Source: Asterias rubens (taxonomy: Eukaryota). From it: a stretch of 64,000 nt of DNA. The notes under the pieces were generated by a model. It saw only the letters and a list, made by a program, of their open reading frames with translations, searched no databases and was not told where the DNA came from. Where the stretch lies: positions 8,618,001 through 8,682,000 of the forward strand of contig NC_047072.1 of NCBI RefSeq assembly GCF_902459465.1. Direction: 5' to 3'. Numbering within the stretch: position 1 is the first letter of the stretch; every line of letters begins with the position of its first letter. Shown here one piece after another: positions 1 to 12,960 of this stretch. The position numbers and the translations under genes are program-made.

Positions 1-324
1 AATAATTATGTCGGTTTGATGCGTCATATGACGTCATCATCGCACGTCACATGCAGTGGACTGTGCAACGCTGACAAATTTGGGAAAGTCGCTGGATAAG
101 TTTACACAGCATCACCCTACAGTGGGCACTTCACAGTAAACCGCGTTGATATTGGCAACCAAGGATTATAGACCTTAGGTGCAACCATCTTGATGTTCTT
201 GCAAGGCTGAAAGAACAAACTAGTCTGGTTCCTATTTGCAAAATGATTTCTAGGATTCATAATCGTTATTCGAAACGAGGAACATTACCAAGATGGAGGA
301 AGCATGAAAAAGGTTTATTGTGAT

Positions 325-473
325 GGAGTGCGTTTTGGCGACCCCAACCAAAAACTGTTTCTGACGTCATAACCAAAACGGTAACCGAGCTCACAGCTCG
401 GTTGTCGTTCAGTCTGAACAGCAGAACCAACGACCAACAACCGAAACAGGTTGGGGTCGCCAAAACGCACTCC
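325..473. mobile_element. 149-bp mini-element with perfect 25-bp TIRs
   Basis: GGAGTGCGTTTTGGCGACCCCAACC at 325-349 and its exact reverse complement at 449-473. Confidence 0.6.
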
Positions 474-517
474 TGACTTCAAGTGATTTGGGTATAAACA
501 ACGTTGGATCTAACTAC

Positions 518-3500
518 CTGACTGGTGTTGGAAACATCTCACTGGTCCATAGGTATATCGTATTGAATGTGGCGGTTATACAGAATTTGCCCACCATGGC
601 CACCACTGTCTTTGCTGTGGAACTTTCTGGAAAATGAAATCAACCATAAAAAAAGCAGATGTTACCACCCAGCAACGGACTTTTCCTTACAATCTCATAG
701 CAAATATTTCACAAGATAATATAAAACTACTGGGCCCAACTTCATGGCTCTGCTTACCGCCAAATTCTGCGCTTACGTTCACGATTCCCCGCTTACTACG
801 TGCAATCGCCAAATTTCTGCGCTAGCCTTGTAATGCCTATGTAACGTTGAGTACGCACGCGCAGAAGCCCACATTCCCCGCTAACCCGTGAATTACGGTT
901 GCCGTAAGCGCTAGACTTGTGGACAAGTCTGTTTATGGTCCCACGCGGTGAGATAGTCGAGTTGCAGCGAACTGCTGGTTGCGCGACTACTGTGCGCTGC
1001 CTGACTTCTCCCCATTATGTGGAGTAGAGTCGGTTGGGCAGCGCGCAATAATTGCGCAACCAGCAGTTCGCGCGCGGAGAGCACCGCTGCAACTCGACTA
1101 TCTCACTGCGTGGGACCATAAACGGCTTGTCCACAAGTCTACGAAAGCACAGAATTTCCCTGCTTCCGTGAGCGCCGATTTCTTGCTTAAGGTAAACAGA
1201 GCCATGAAATTGGGCCCTGGTTTGGACACAATGTGAGTTATTTGATCTCCCTTTGGTGATTGCTTTAGGCTACTTCTTTCAAGATTATTGGAAGGCTCAA
1301 TGAGATTTTGAGAATAATAATAATAAAGGCTTCTTATTCTTAACCCTGAAATCAGGAAAGTCTTGAGAAATCAATTGGCCTGGTATAGTATGTTTCAAGA
1401 GTAAATATCGTAACATCCATTTGTGACTGGTTCTTACAAAACGGAAACCCAAACCCCAAAGATGTGACGTAACTTTAGTCATGCCTAAGCCGAAACTATT
1501 GAAACTCAAATTTATTTTCTTCGTATAGTCAACTTTATGATGTATGGCAAATAGTCCTTAGCAAATATAGCAAATAACAAATAGCAAATAGCACATAGCA
1601 AATAGTCCATAGCAAATTTTGAAGTAAACGGTCTATTGACAAAATAAACCAAGCATTGGTTGTATAAATACGCGATTCATAAAAGAAGATGCTTAACAAC
1701 TTAGCACTTCACCACTGCATATAGGACCAATCAGTACGTAAACAAATCGTGCGATAAAGGCTAATATAGGGCATCAAGTTAAACGAACTATACGAAATAT
1801 GGCACATATCATCACTGCAAACCATTCTATACATTTCATAACTGCATTATGAACCTTCATCCCAGTTTAAAGTCAAATTCAGTTTTGTGATCCATTCATT
1901 ATCCGATGAGAATGGGGTAACATTTTTACAAGTCTCTAAACCTCACGATAAAGGGAAGGTATCGTTTTTAAAATGAATGTCAATCCAAACGTACTTGGCT
2001 GGAAGCTCATCAGCTTCCGATTGTTTAAAGCATTTTAAAAATCATTTCACAATGAAGAAATGGGATATGTGGTTATGAGGAAAAGATGTGAGTTGTTATC
2101 TCAAAATTTTGAATAGCCATTTAGAAAAGGTACTGCCAGATACGTTTCTCATTATATGTGTATACCAATTACGCATTTTTCTTCCTGTGTGATAGGCAAA
2201 ACCCGCAAAATTAGTGCATTGTAAAACCGAATTTTGACCTCGAAGCACGAAATTATCAAATTCATCTGGTTCAAGCTTTTACCTCAATGCTTTCTGGGAC
2301 AAGTTTGATAGGTGCTGCAGGCAACAGCTCCGCAAACTCAACTTGGTTATTTGTATTAGAAGCAGCATACTACTTTGTCAAGATGCCGTGCTTTTGTGTA
2401 GGCTAAAAAGTGTGCAGTTATGCAGTCAACGCATGTAAAATAACCCAGTGCGCTTTATCGTGAAGAGAACGGGTTTGCCAAGGTGTTCCTGGCTGGATTG
2501 GCAGCAAATTGCGCCACAGCACCTTGTAAACCATAACATGGTGCTAAGGATTAGGTATTATATTTCAAACTTCGTCCAATCATTGCAGTAATAATACCTG
2601 GCGCGTTGTGTCATTTGGCAAAAAGCGCGTTATAAATACGGTTATAAATTATTATATCGCCATACCACACTAGAAGCGTACTCCAAGAAAGAAAGATCGA
2701 AGTTTTCTTTGTGTTTGACCCAAATTGTTTTTTTAAGCGGGAATGTCAGTGTCTTCAAAAATTGTACCAATGATGCACCATTCCTGAGTGACCCCTGTCC
2801 TACCTCGTTATCAAACCTTTATTGTTTGTCTATTAAAAGTCAATAAAAGGTGAACTATACACAACTTAACAGCAGGACGACCTTGTCAACCCTTATGCAT
2901 ATACGACAATTTACACAACGCCATCTGTCAACTGACGAAAGTTTGCACATATCCAGGGGTTGAGGAAAAAGAAGAAAACAGTATTTTATTTATTTTTTTA
3001 TTATTATTATTTTTTTTTTTTTGGGGGGGGGACCAGACGGATAGAAGTGTAGACACAAAATATGGCTGGATCAATTTTTGCTTAGCGACGAAATTTTTCA
3101 AGCAGTATTTTCTACTTAATAGCTTTCCAAATTTGGGCTAAGGGAAGGGATTCCGTCGATACGTAGGACGATTGCGATGGGTTGTGGACACATCCGAGAA
3201 TGGTCAGATTGCGGTACCACTGAACTCAAAGCAGTTACGGACGGGCTGTGGTTGGAGCGGTACCAGTGATTCCCAAAAATGCATTTGTCTGATAAATGAT
3301 GACGATGACCCCAAATCCCAGATTTTTACTTTTTTTATACGGAGGGCTTGGTGTCCCCTAGACTGGGCCCTGTCTTTATCCGCAAGAATAAAGACAGGTC
3401 CCTGCCGCTAGATCCAGTGATTCCATTGGATACAATGATATGATAAACGTGCAGTGACATAGATGCCCAAACAGTCACCACTGTTTGACTGCGTATCTCT

Positions 3501-6500
3501 ATGTGAAATTACTGAGGTCAAAGGTGAATCTACACATCGGTTTTGGAAGCAGGTCTCTGGCGTTATTCACGAGCCTCGAAGAATGACGTAAGACGTTTAG
3601 GCTAGGTGTCCCCCAATTTTCTTCCACGCACGCATCACGGTATTTTATAAACAACGTCTCTTCGTACATTTAAACTATTGAACCACATTGGAACGAGCTT
3701 CAAGGTTAAACGACAAAATACTTTTGGAAAGGTTTTGATTTTAACGGTTTGAGGGCAGTGTCCTGGCTAGGTGTTTAGCTGTTTGCTGCTTTTGTTTTTG
3801 TTTCACCCTTTCACCACCAATGATCGACAAACACTGCAGTAATCAACAAAATGCTTTACGTGTATTATTATTATTATTTGTAGCATTATCATGATTTCCT
3901 TTACCAATGAATATCGTTGCTAGGCACGCCGCACCTCCAATCAGCTCCAGGACAACCATGTTGGGTTTACGCCCGAACCAGCGAATACCAACGGTAGCGT
4001 AAAGCAGTGCAGGTATCTCCACGGCACCAGCGATGAAGAACGCCCAGTAGTCGTCCACTCCAAGGTCACCGGTGCTTAGAGATAGGCCGTAGTACACCAT
4101 GCTATTTACCATCCTATGAAAAAAACCCACACACATAGAGATCGGAAACTTAGTTAACCCTCCTACTTTCTGTAACATTTGCCGGGGTTGTTGGATTGTG
4201 TATGGTGGAGTAACTGTGCCTAGATATATAGTGTGCACTTTGTGCATCGGTGCTTAGAGACAGGCCGTAGTAAACCACACTATTTACCATCATATGCAAA
4301 CAAAAAACACAGAGAGATCGGGAAGACAGTTAACCCTCCTACTTTCTGTAACACTTGCCGGGATTGTTGGATTGTGTATGGTGGAGTAACTGTGCCTAGA
4401 AATATAGTGTGCACTTTGTGCATCGGTGCTTAGAGACAGGCCGTAGTAAACCATACTATTTACCATCCTATAAAAAAATACACATGCAAAGAGATCGGGA
4501 ACAATAAATAACCCTCCTACTTTCTGTAACTCTTGTTGAAAACAAAATTAACCACAGATCTCTTGCACCAGCTGCTGAAAAATCCGTCTCTTTTGCCGCC
4601 CGTAAACTTTGGAATAGTCTCCCCATGCCTATCTCTCTCTCTGCGCTCTGTCGATTTGCTTTATAGTTTCAAAAAGCATCTGAAACCACACCTGGGGTCG
4701 ATTTCACAAAGAGTTAGGTTAGGACTATAGTCCTAGGAGATATAAAAAACGTATGGGTAGTCCTAAGTTAGAACGAGTAACTCATCCTAACTCAAGATAA
4801 GACTAGTCCTAACTCTTTGTGAAATCCACCCCTGTTTCCACAATGATTGTTTTGTGGTTTATTATTTTAGTTTGTAAAATTGTTTCAATGTTTCTCTGTA
4901 TCATCACAAACCCGTTTTGGTCTTGATGAATTGGTGGTGTATAAATACAACAGAGGGTTTAACACACTTACCAGTTGTATTGTAAAATGATCGTCTTGAA
5001 GCACATGTTAGGAGTGCGGTACAGATCTAAAAAAGATGGTAGGCGGCCCTTGGCGCCTTCCTGTTTGGGAAAAACATGAAAAGTGTGCCATGAAATTTCA
5101 TAAAACCAATAATTTAACCATCACTTCACTACAACTTGATCAATATCAGTATAGAAGTTCACTACTAAGTAACTGATGTCCATTTGGTAACCATTCGAGT
5201 GACTTATTCAGTATGTTAACCACTCTGTGCGGAGTATAAGGTTTCCTTTAATCTCGAGCCCCCGCTTGGCGAAACACTGACAGTTACCCTTATGGAAACA
5301 ATAGACCCTTCCCATGAAATATGTAAATTGCACATAGCGCCTGCGCACTAACATTTTGGTTGGCAAAATGAGGGAACATCGCGCTGTTTTGTACACGGCT
5401 AATGGGTGCGGACGCAGACGCGATTGTGCGTCTGCTTAGTGCACAACTCTGTGGCGTTTGCCAACAACAGGGTCTGTACGCATGCATGAATGTGATTAGC
5501 ATATTTCACGGGAAGGGTCCATTGCATGCACGTCTCGTTCAGCAATGTGTTGAATAAAGCTTTCCTTGCATGCAGTAGAGACTCTCCAATTGGCAGTATT
5601 GGTCTCCAATTGGCAGTATTTTGTACAAAAGTATGTTGGTGCAGAGAAAAAATGAAGTTCTTCGCTTTATAACTGATGTGGTTTAACTATGAGGGGTTTC
5701 GGTAATACCATGTGAACATCTCTTTGGAACAGTGTATGATCTGAAAGAACCAGTGACTGTAACAACCCAACTTTTCGATCAGTTTACCCTGATCGTCTTC
5801 AGGAGAATCCCAGAGCATAACTGATAAGATTTTCACATGGTGCTAACGAAAACTTCTCTTGTACTTCAACCATGCAAAGTTTCAAAACCCTACTTTACTG
5901 TGGTTAAAGACATTGGACACTTTTGGTACAGAATTTTTCGTTTAAAGTTCACAGATTTACAAATAACTCAGGGTTTACAGAAGGTTATGGTGAAAGGCTT
6001 CTCGTGAAATATTATTCCATGAAGTGCTTTACTTTTTGAGAAAACATTAAAACAAAATCAATTATCGATATCGAGAATTACGGATTTATTTTAAACACAT
6101 GTAATGACACGGCGGAAACAAGGGTGGGTTTTCCGGTTATTTTCTCCCGACTCCGATGGCCGATTGAGCCTAAATTTTCACAGGTTTGCTATTTTATATA
6201 TAAGTTGTGATGCACGAAGTATGGGCTTTGGACAATACTGTTTACCGAAAGTGTCGATTGGCTTTAAAGAGAGTCTTTTGCCTCACCTTAAACTCAAGGA
6301 TTTCTTTCTCTTCAAAGATGACATCCGGGAGCTTCTTACCGTTCCATTTACCAACCTTCCTGATGACGTCCTCGGCCTCCTTGACTCTACCCTTGGATAG
6401 GAGCCACCGGACAGACTCGGACAGGAACCTAGTGGTATAGAGAGCAGCACACGATTAGATTCGATGAATTGGGATTTGCGGGTTGGAAATTAAGACAAAG

Positions 6501-6675
6501 GGTTAAAACGGATATATTCATGTTGTTGATAGTTGACTTGTTTACGGTTGGGGTTGTTGTTTCTGCTGCTGCATTCTGTTGCTGTTGTTGTTGTGATTAT
6601 TGCTGTTGTTTTCAGAACCACCCCAACTCATTAGAGATAGTCATTACATGGTGTTACCGCAAACCTTTCTATACG

Positions 6676-6711
<36 letters not shown>

Positions 6712-9700
6712 TCAATCACATTGCGGTATTGTGGTGACTTTGTTTTGTGGAAATGTTGCTCTTAGTCATATAGATTAACAGCATATGGTATTGCCATTCA
6801 CCTCTGTGAAGCCCGGTTCTACGCAACTCCCGGACCGGAGCCTTTTTGCATGTATCTATAGTGGACCATCCTCTCTCTACACATATATCTTTAGTTTTGA
6901 GGGTCCAATGGTTTCGTTACCAGACAAATCACAATAAGTATAGATATATATATATTTAATTTTTAAATACATTTGAAGTCTAACACCGTTCTTCACAAGA
7001 ATACACTTACATGGTAAGGATGATACATAGGAAGACTGGTATTACAGGGATGAAGGCCAGTACACGCCACTTATCAATGTACATCGCTATGATGGCTACC
7101 AGCATGTAACCCATAGAGTATGACACACCGATCAGGACACCAACGACTATACGCCAACGCTGTCCAACAAATTCATTGACTGCAAAAAATAGTATAAATA
7201 AAGAACAGGTATCAGTGAAGTTGATGAAAGTAACTGTCTGTTGGTTTAAATACAAATTACATCCTATCTGGGCCCAGCTTTATAAAGCCTTTAAGCACAA
7301 CAATGGGCTAAGCACAACAAGTCTTGCTTAGCAGGAGCAGGTTACCAGCTACAATTTCACGAAGTTTACATTGTTGCGATAGGTGCCACACCCACTTTTT
7401 GCGTAGCAAAGAAAATCGCTAAGCAATGTTTTCTGCCAAACGGCTTTATGAAATTTGGCCCTGCACTTTTGAGGGGTATCCTGGTGTGTATCCATTCAAT
7501 ATTTTTGTTGAAAATTTTTGAAGGTGAACAATTTCTACCACCAGGGTCAAATTTCATACAGCTGAATTCAACACAAAAAGCAGCCAAGCACAACAAATAA
7601 ATTGATTTTCAGAATAAGGTTACCAGCCAACTTACCGTGTCATCATGTACAATTTGTGACTGGTATCCTGCACATTTATGCTAATAGAAGAAATGTGTCA
7701 AGCAATGATGTTTTTTTTATAAGCCAGCCCTAAAAGAAATGTTGGCCCATGATTGAACTTACCCATAACATAAGCGGGGATCCAACGTCCTAGCTGGCCC
7801 ATGCCGGTAATGAACCGGACCAGATAGAGGTGCCACAGCTCACTACAGAAGGGAGTGGCTAGAAGTCCAAGGAACCACATTAGCATGGCTACAATCAGAG
7901 CATTCTTACGGCCAAACCTGGCAGTTGGAAACAATCACACAATTACAGCTCAAAATGGTGTGTACAAAACATACTTACATTTTGATGTTGGTATATAGAG
8001 GGTCTATTATTAGGACATTTGTCCAAGTACTCTACATTCTAAAATTGATAGTCTAAGTACTCACGCCTATTAATAGTGTCTATATATTCTCAATTGGTGT
8101 GTCCCAACATATGCATTAAAAAAGAAGCCTGTGAAACTTTGGCCTCCATTGGTCGTCGAAGTTGTTAGAGAATAATGAAAGAAATCACCCTTGTTGCGCG
8201 ACTTTGTTTACTTTAAGATGCCTTATTAAAAGGCTTCAGCTGAAGTCTTTCATTATTTGATTGAGAAATTAACTCTTAAAAAAAAACCTACGTTACTTAT
8301 CAGAGGGAGCTGTTTCCCACAATGTTTTATACAATCAACGGGTGTTCATTGAAGTTTTTATGCTATTTTTTTGTTTTAGTAACTACCAACAGTATCCAGT
8401 GCCTTTAACGTTCTGACGTTTCGATCGGTGTTATTTGTAGGTCTGCATGGTGATATGATAAATTGAAAATCTGCATTGTTGATGCGGGTATGCAAAATTC
8501 CACTGAACTTACCAATCTGAAATTACACCAAAGACGAAGGAGCCAGCCATAAATCCGAAGAAGAAGATCGAATTGATCATGTTGGCGGTTCCCTTATCTG
8601 TACACACGAGGTCCCACTATAGGTTGAAAGACAACAACAGGAATAAACCTCATTTCATATTCGTTCAAGCAACACATGTATAAAATGTGTACATCATGTT
8701 TATGGGGGGGGGGGGGGGTTCGGCTGGCATGTTGATGTATGTGACGTTTATTTTCTCCTTCAATATGATGATGTAAAGAGCATTTCTCATGCAGACATAT
8801 TCACTAGGTTTGGCTAATGTATTTGAAGAGGGTAATCGTTTTTATTGACATTCTCAATGTTTTTTGGTGATACCAGCATGAAAGAGTCACCTCTTAGAGA
8901 ACCAATAGTGGTTGTTGTTTTTGTTTGTTTGCTACTTTAAATATGTCTTTGCTTTATTTGTACAAATATTTTCTCTGAGGAGTGGATGGACTCCTTGTTC
9001 ACAATTGGTCGTCGGAGTTGCGAGATATCTATGAAAGAAAAAAACATCCTTGTCACACACGAAGTTGTGTGTGCTTTCATATGCTGTTTTCGATACCTCA
9101 AATTCTAAATCTGAGGTCTCGAAATCAAATTCGTGGGAAATAACTTCTTTCTCGAAAACTACATCACTTCAGAGGGAGCCGTTTCTCACATTGTTTTATA
9201 CTATCAACCTCTCCATTAGTCGTTAACAATTAAGGTTTTATGCTAAGAATTATTTTGAGTATTTACCAATAGTGTCCACTGCCTTTAAGGAAACGTTTGG
9301 GTCTGGGATGGCATGGACTAGGGATCTCACACACAATGTCTAGGCCTATGTTGCTGTTTTTTTAAAAATTTCTCATTTAACTGGAGTAAGTAAGTTTGAA
9401 TCCTTTGAAGACAAAGAGTATGCCACATGTAACTAAGTCAGACAAGTTTATACAAAAATTAAATGTATTAATTACACTGTAGGCCTATAGATGTTTACTG
9501 GGGGTTTTTTGCGCCCAGGAGCATGTTGATGGATGGGCGCTTCATAAATTGTCATTATTGTATTATTATTAAATGTTTTTCATAAATTGTCATTTTTATT
9601 TAAGTACAACATGATTAGTCAATTATTTATTTGATTGCTTACATCCATGATAATTGTGGTGTTATATTGTGACGTATCATACTCCCAGCCTCTCTTGCAG

Positions 9701-10059
9701 TCCACAATGGATGCATTGTAGTCAGTGTAGTTAATATCAGGGCTGAACTGTAGTCCTTTGGGCAGGTCATACTGCCGGCAGGTTTGGTGCGAGTACTCGG
9801 CATCCTCTGGGTAGCCCGGTGCCGGCGGGATGCTGACCGCCTTCATGGCTTGGTTGCATTCCGCCACGGAGTTCAAGCCGTACGCGGTGCAGTTGGGCTT
9901 GTCGAACACCTTACACCAGTGGTCGGTCTTTCCCGTGTAGAACACGTACGCGAGAGCCGAGAAGGGCCCGACGAAATTAACCGCATGCAGGAAGAAGAAA
10001 GCGAACCATTGGTATCTCCCGAATTCCCCGAGAACTTTAAGGACTTCGTCAAACTTCAT
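518..10059 (-). CDS. SLC22/organic cation transporter-like MFS protein, 3'-partial (last exons lie before position 1)
   Basis: Coding exons in transcript order: 10059-9643 (417 nt), 8616-8513 (104), 7917-7763 (155), 7179-7011 (169), 6428-6287 (142), 5060-4972 (89), 4113-3905 (209), 626-518 (109). All GT-AG with consistent phases. Family motifs: [77 protein letters not shown]. Exon sizes 104/155/169/109 are typical of SLC22 genes. Confidence 0.95.
730..1219. mobile_element. C(T/A)GGGCCCAATTTCAT-TIR MITE family member (relatives at about 7268-7463, 16539-16773, 48753-48906, 54519-54844, 60890-61160)
   Basis: Terminal inverted repeats CTGGGCCCAACTTCATGGCTCTGCTTACC / GGTAAACAGAGCCATGAAATTGGGCCCTG; recurs through the window; no clear TSD found. 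Confidence 0.65.
912..1141. mobile_element. 230-bp MITE with long TIRs and a degenerate 9-bp TSD, nested in another TIR element
   Basis: TIR TAGACTTGTGGACAAG..., about 57 bp; flanks CGTAAGCGC / CGAAAGCAC (7/9 match); same family as 29898-30129. Confidence 0.7.
2300..2655 (+). mobile_element. Deuterostome SINE (Deu-domain-like) remnant
   Basis: GTGCGCTTTATCG..GAGAACGGGTTTGCC..GTGTTCCTGGCTG..CAGCACCTTGTAAACC body and a GCGCGTTATAAATA..TTATTAT tail; family recalled from memory, not searched. Confidence 0.45.
4068..4530 (-). repeat. ~177-bp tandem triplication spanning the SLC22 intron 6/exon 7 junction
   Basis: GATGGTAAATAG.(A/G)TGGT.TACTACGGCCT.TCTCTAAGCACCG begins at 4467, 4291 and 4113. Confidence 0.9.
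5299..5524. mobile_element. TIR element (CAAT(A/G)GACCCTTCCC(A/G)TGAAATATG)
   Basis: 25-bp inverted termini with 2 mismatches. Confidence 0.55.
5766..5805 (-). ncRNA. Penelope-type minimal hammerhead-ribozyme-like motif
   Basis: Minus strand: CTC-CTGAAGA-C-GATCAG/GGTAAA/CTGATC-GAAA-A-GTT-GGG; stem II 6 bp perfect, stem I weak. Confidence 0.45.
5908..6263. mobile_element. TTAA-target MITE (Kolobok/T2-like)
   Basis: TTAA|AGACATTGGACAC ... GTGTCGATTGGCT|TTAA. Confidence 0.6.
8990..9284. mobile_element. Partial copy of the ~370-bp TTAA|AGGCAGTGGACAC MITE (another degraded copy at about 8070-8405)
   Basis: Right end GTGTCCACTGCCT|TTAA; internal sequence matches the full copies at 32346 and 43692. 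Confidence 0.65.
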
Positions 10060-12229
10060 CTTGGAGTAACTTTTACGGGGCTTCGCGTTTAAAGACAGAG
10101 GTGCGCTTATTCAAGTTCGAGGCGCACCTTGTAGCTTTTATTTTGTTTCAGTAGTTCTGATGGTACACTTACTCTGATATTAATAATGTTATCAGTGACT
10201 ATGTAGGGTCCACTTGTTGTAAAGTAGTGCGTAATTGAAAAGCTGTACCCTTTGTTGATTTCCTGGGTATGAGAAAACATACTAATTTGACCAAAGTTCG
10301 TTTGATCCAACAACTGAATAAATATTGTAGAGGAGGTGAACGTGTCAGGCCTGTACCGGGGATCAAACTTTGTGTATTGGTAGGTTCGCTCGAGACGTTT
10401 ATGATTGGCTATTATACGGCCAAAAGAATGACCTCACGCCCCTCTTTTCTTACGAGTCCTAAAGTGGGACAGCGGAAATGTCAAAGGCCAGTGGTCAGTT
10501 TACAACTACTTACCCGGTTTCTATTCTATTGAGCATGGTATTAATGGCAAAGCATACCTTTGCCGTAAGAGGGCGCTCGGAAATGATTTACGACCGAGCG
10601 CAGTTTACAATATCCATTATTGATCACTAAGGTCTTGGGCCAAGACTAAACTTCTTATCAGATTCTAGTGATATTTAATTTGATATATAATTTGGTAATT
10701 AAAGTCAATAAAAATGGTCTGAAGTAAGGGACATTGCACCAAGGAAAATTAAAACCATTTGGATTTGGCATACAACTTAGTTCATTGTTGGACCATTTGA
10801 AATAAGGACAGCACTAATGCGGGGTACGGGATTGGGGGGGGGGGGGGGGTGCAAACATGCCCTTATTCATATAGTATGTGCCTCTGGTCTGCCCCGAGTG
10901 CCCCCGTCTGAAATCTGAACGTTTGACAGTAAAAATTATCAGACAATTTTTTGCTTAATGTAAGCTTTTGGGTTAAATACATACAATGTTTTAAACAACG
11001 TTTCCCTATTTAGTTACGCGCGCGCCCTCATGTGCAATGTTTATACCTCCACTTATGACTAAATCGTAAAAGACCATAAAGAAGTTCTGAAAATGAGCTA
11101 CAGTTTTTAAAAGGCTGCACTGAAAACTAAAGATTTAGCCAGAAGCATGCCCCTACTTAAAAAGGTGCATCCGCCTGTGTCCCTAATACAAACCAGTTTT
11201 GACGCAGTGGGGAGGTTAAAGAGAAGGTACACAACACTATTGGTAATTGTCAAAGACCAGTGTTCTCACTTGGTGTGTCTCAACACATGCATAAAATAAC
11301 AAACCTGTGAAAATTTGAGCTCAATTGGTCATCGGAGTTGGGAGAAAATGATGAGAGAAAAAACACCCTTGTTGGACGAATTTGTGTGCTTTCAGATAGG
11401 AATAAAATACTTCTAGCTAGAAGTCTTTTATTATTTAAGTGAGAAATTTTCGTCGAGATTTTTATTATTTTTATTAGCTGTTCCGACCTACCGTCGGAAC
11501 AGGTGTTGTTTTCGTCGAGATTTTTATTATTTTTATTATTATTCTTTGTTTCCGCCTAAAACCCCATAGCGTTTGTACAGCGTTTTTGTTCAGACCCCGT
11601 CTCCTAAAGTATGAGGATAAAAGAGTTAAATCATATATCAAATTGAAGCTTAGAACATAAGCTTTACTCTAAGAAAAAGTGTTAAAATTCTTAATTAGTT
11701 AACCACGTGGTCTTCATTTGAATTTTTAATTTGTAAACTTGATGCAGTCACTTTCATGTTATTGTGAAACATTCTCTTTGGTAATACAACACAGTATGTA
11801 CCTCAATGAGTTGTTGACTTCTTGAGAGGAGTCTATACTATTTTGTTTCCTACCCGCGTTCTGGACACATTACTCTGTACACGCACAAAGTACGGAGGTT
11901 TGGGATTTTCGTTAGAACGTGCGTTAAATTTGTCCTTGTTTTTCTAACCGCGTCCTGGACCAATTACTCTGTGCATGGATGCTCTGTGCATGGGTTTTCG
12001 TTAAAACGAACGTGCGTAATTAGATAGGGGTTTTTGACGACATCGACGTCGTCGTCAAAAACCCCCTTAAGGTATCTAATACTACATTTCAACCCTACTT
12101 AGTAGTTATAGGCGTTAGCAGTTCATATTTAGTGACAATGGTAGCAAAATCATGAAACGAGAATTATTTCGCCGGATCATAATCCCCTCTGTTGATGCAC
12201 ACATGTAAAAACCCACCATATTTACATCG

Positions 12230-12315
12230 TGCCCTTCTAGCCTAGTGGTCATCAGTCGCGACTACACATCTGAGAATTGCTAGTTCGAATCTCCGTCCGA
12301 AATCAATATTTTTTT
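12230..12315 (+). pseudogene. tRNA-Val-like pseudogene or SINE head
   Basis: TAGCCTAGTGGTCATCA (A box, compare tRNA-Val TAGTGTAGTGGTCATCA), ACTACAC anticodon-loop-like, GTTCGAATC B box, GAAATCA end, T7 run; acceptor stem does not pair. Confidence 0.45.
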
Positions 12316-12960
12316 ATCCCCCAAAACTAAAAATATATTTCTTTTTGTAATATTTGAGTTTGATTCTTATCTTAATATCGATAGTGTTGCCTTTTCTTTT
12401 TCTCAAATGTTAGCCCAACATAACCTGTGTGCATGCATGACACGATGATGTTTAAAAACACACAGTAAGCGAAAAATGGTGACCATAAGCGCAGAGTTTG
12501 GTGGTTAAGAGTTCTGTGAAATCAACTTTTACTAGATCAAACATCAAACCACCGACCCCCAAAAAATTTAAAAATCGTTATTAATTAACCACGTGACCCA
12601 TATTTGCATATTTAATTGTACAAGGGGACAAAGTTGTTAGAACTTCCTGTTGATGCTGACATCATGAGAACATCAGCATAAGTATTGGAATTGCACTACC
12701 ACTCGGAGTGTTCAAGGAGTCCAACACGTCAGTCTAGAGTCCAACTCTGATTGTAAAAATCAATTCAGGCATCATCTTCAATTTAATTTTATGCAACAAG
12801 CAAACTTATACATTTTCTGATTTTATTTCAAAGGGTAACATAAATGGCTGGTAGCGAACGGTTTCCAAAAAAAACTACATGGTGTACGTGCACAATACTC
12901 TTACTGACCTCAAGCATTTACCTCTAGATAATAAATCAAGCATTCAGTTCAAAATTATAA

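Noticed and set aside
60-210. Search for SLC22 exon 9 near the window start
   Set aside because: The only acceptor-like site gives a non-SLC22 peptide with a stop; the remaining exons must lie outside the window.
4114-4247. N-terminal part of ORF 3843-4247 (MHKVHTIY...) as coding sequence
   Set aside because: It lies in the duplicated intron unit upstream of the true acceptor at 4114-15; SLC22 homology starts at MVNSMVYYG.
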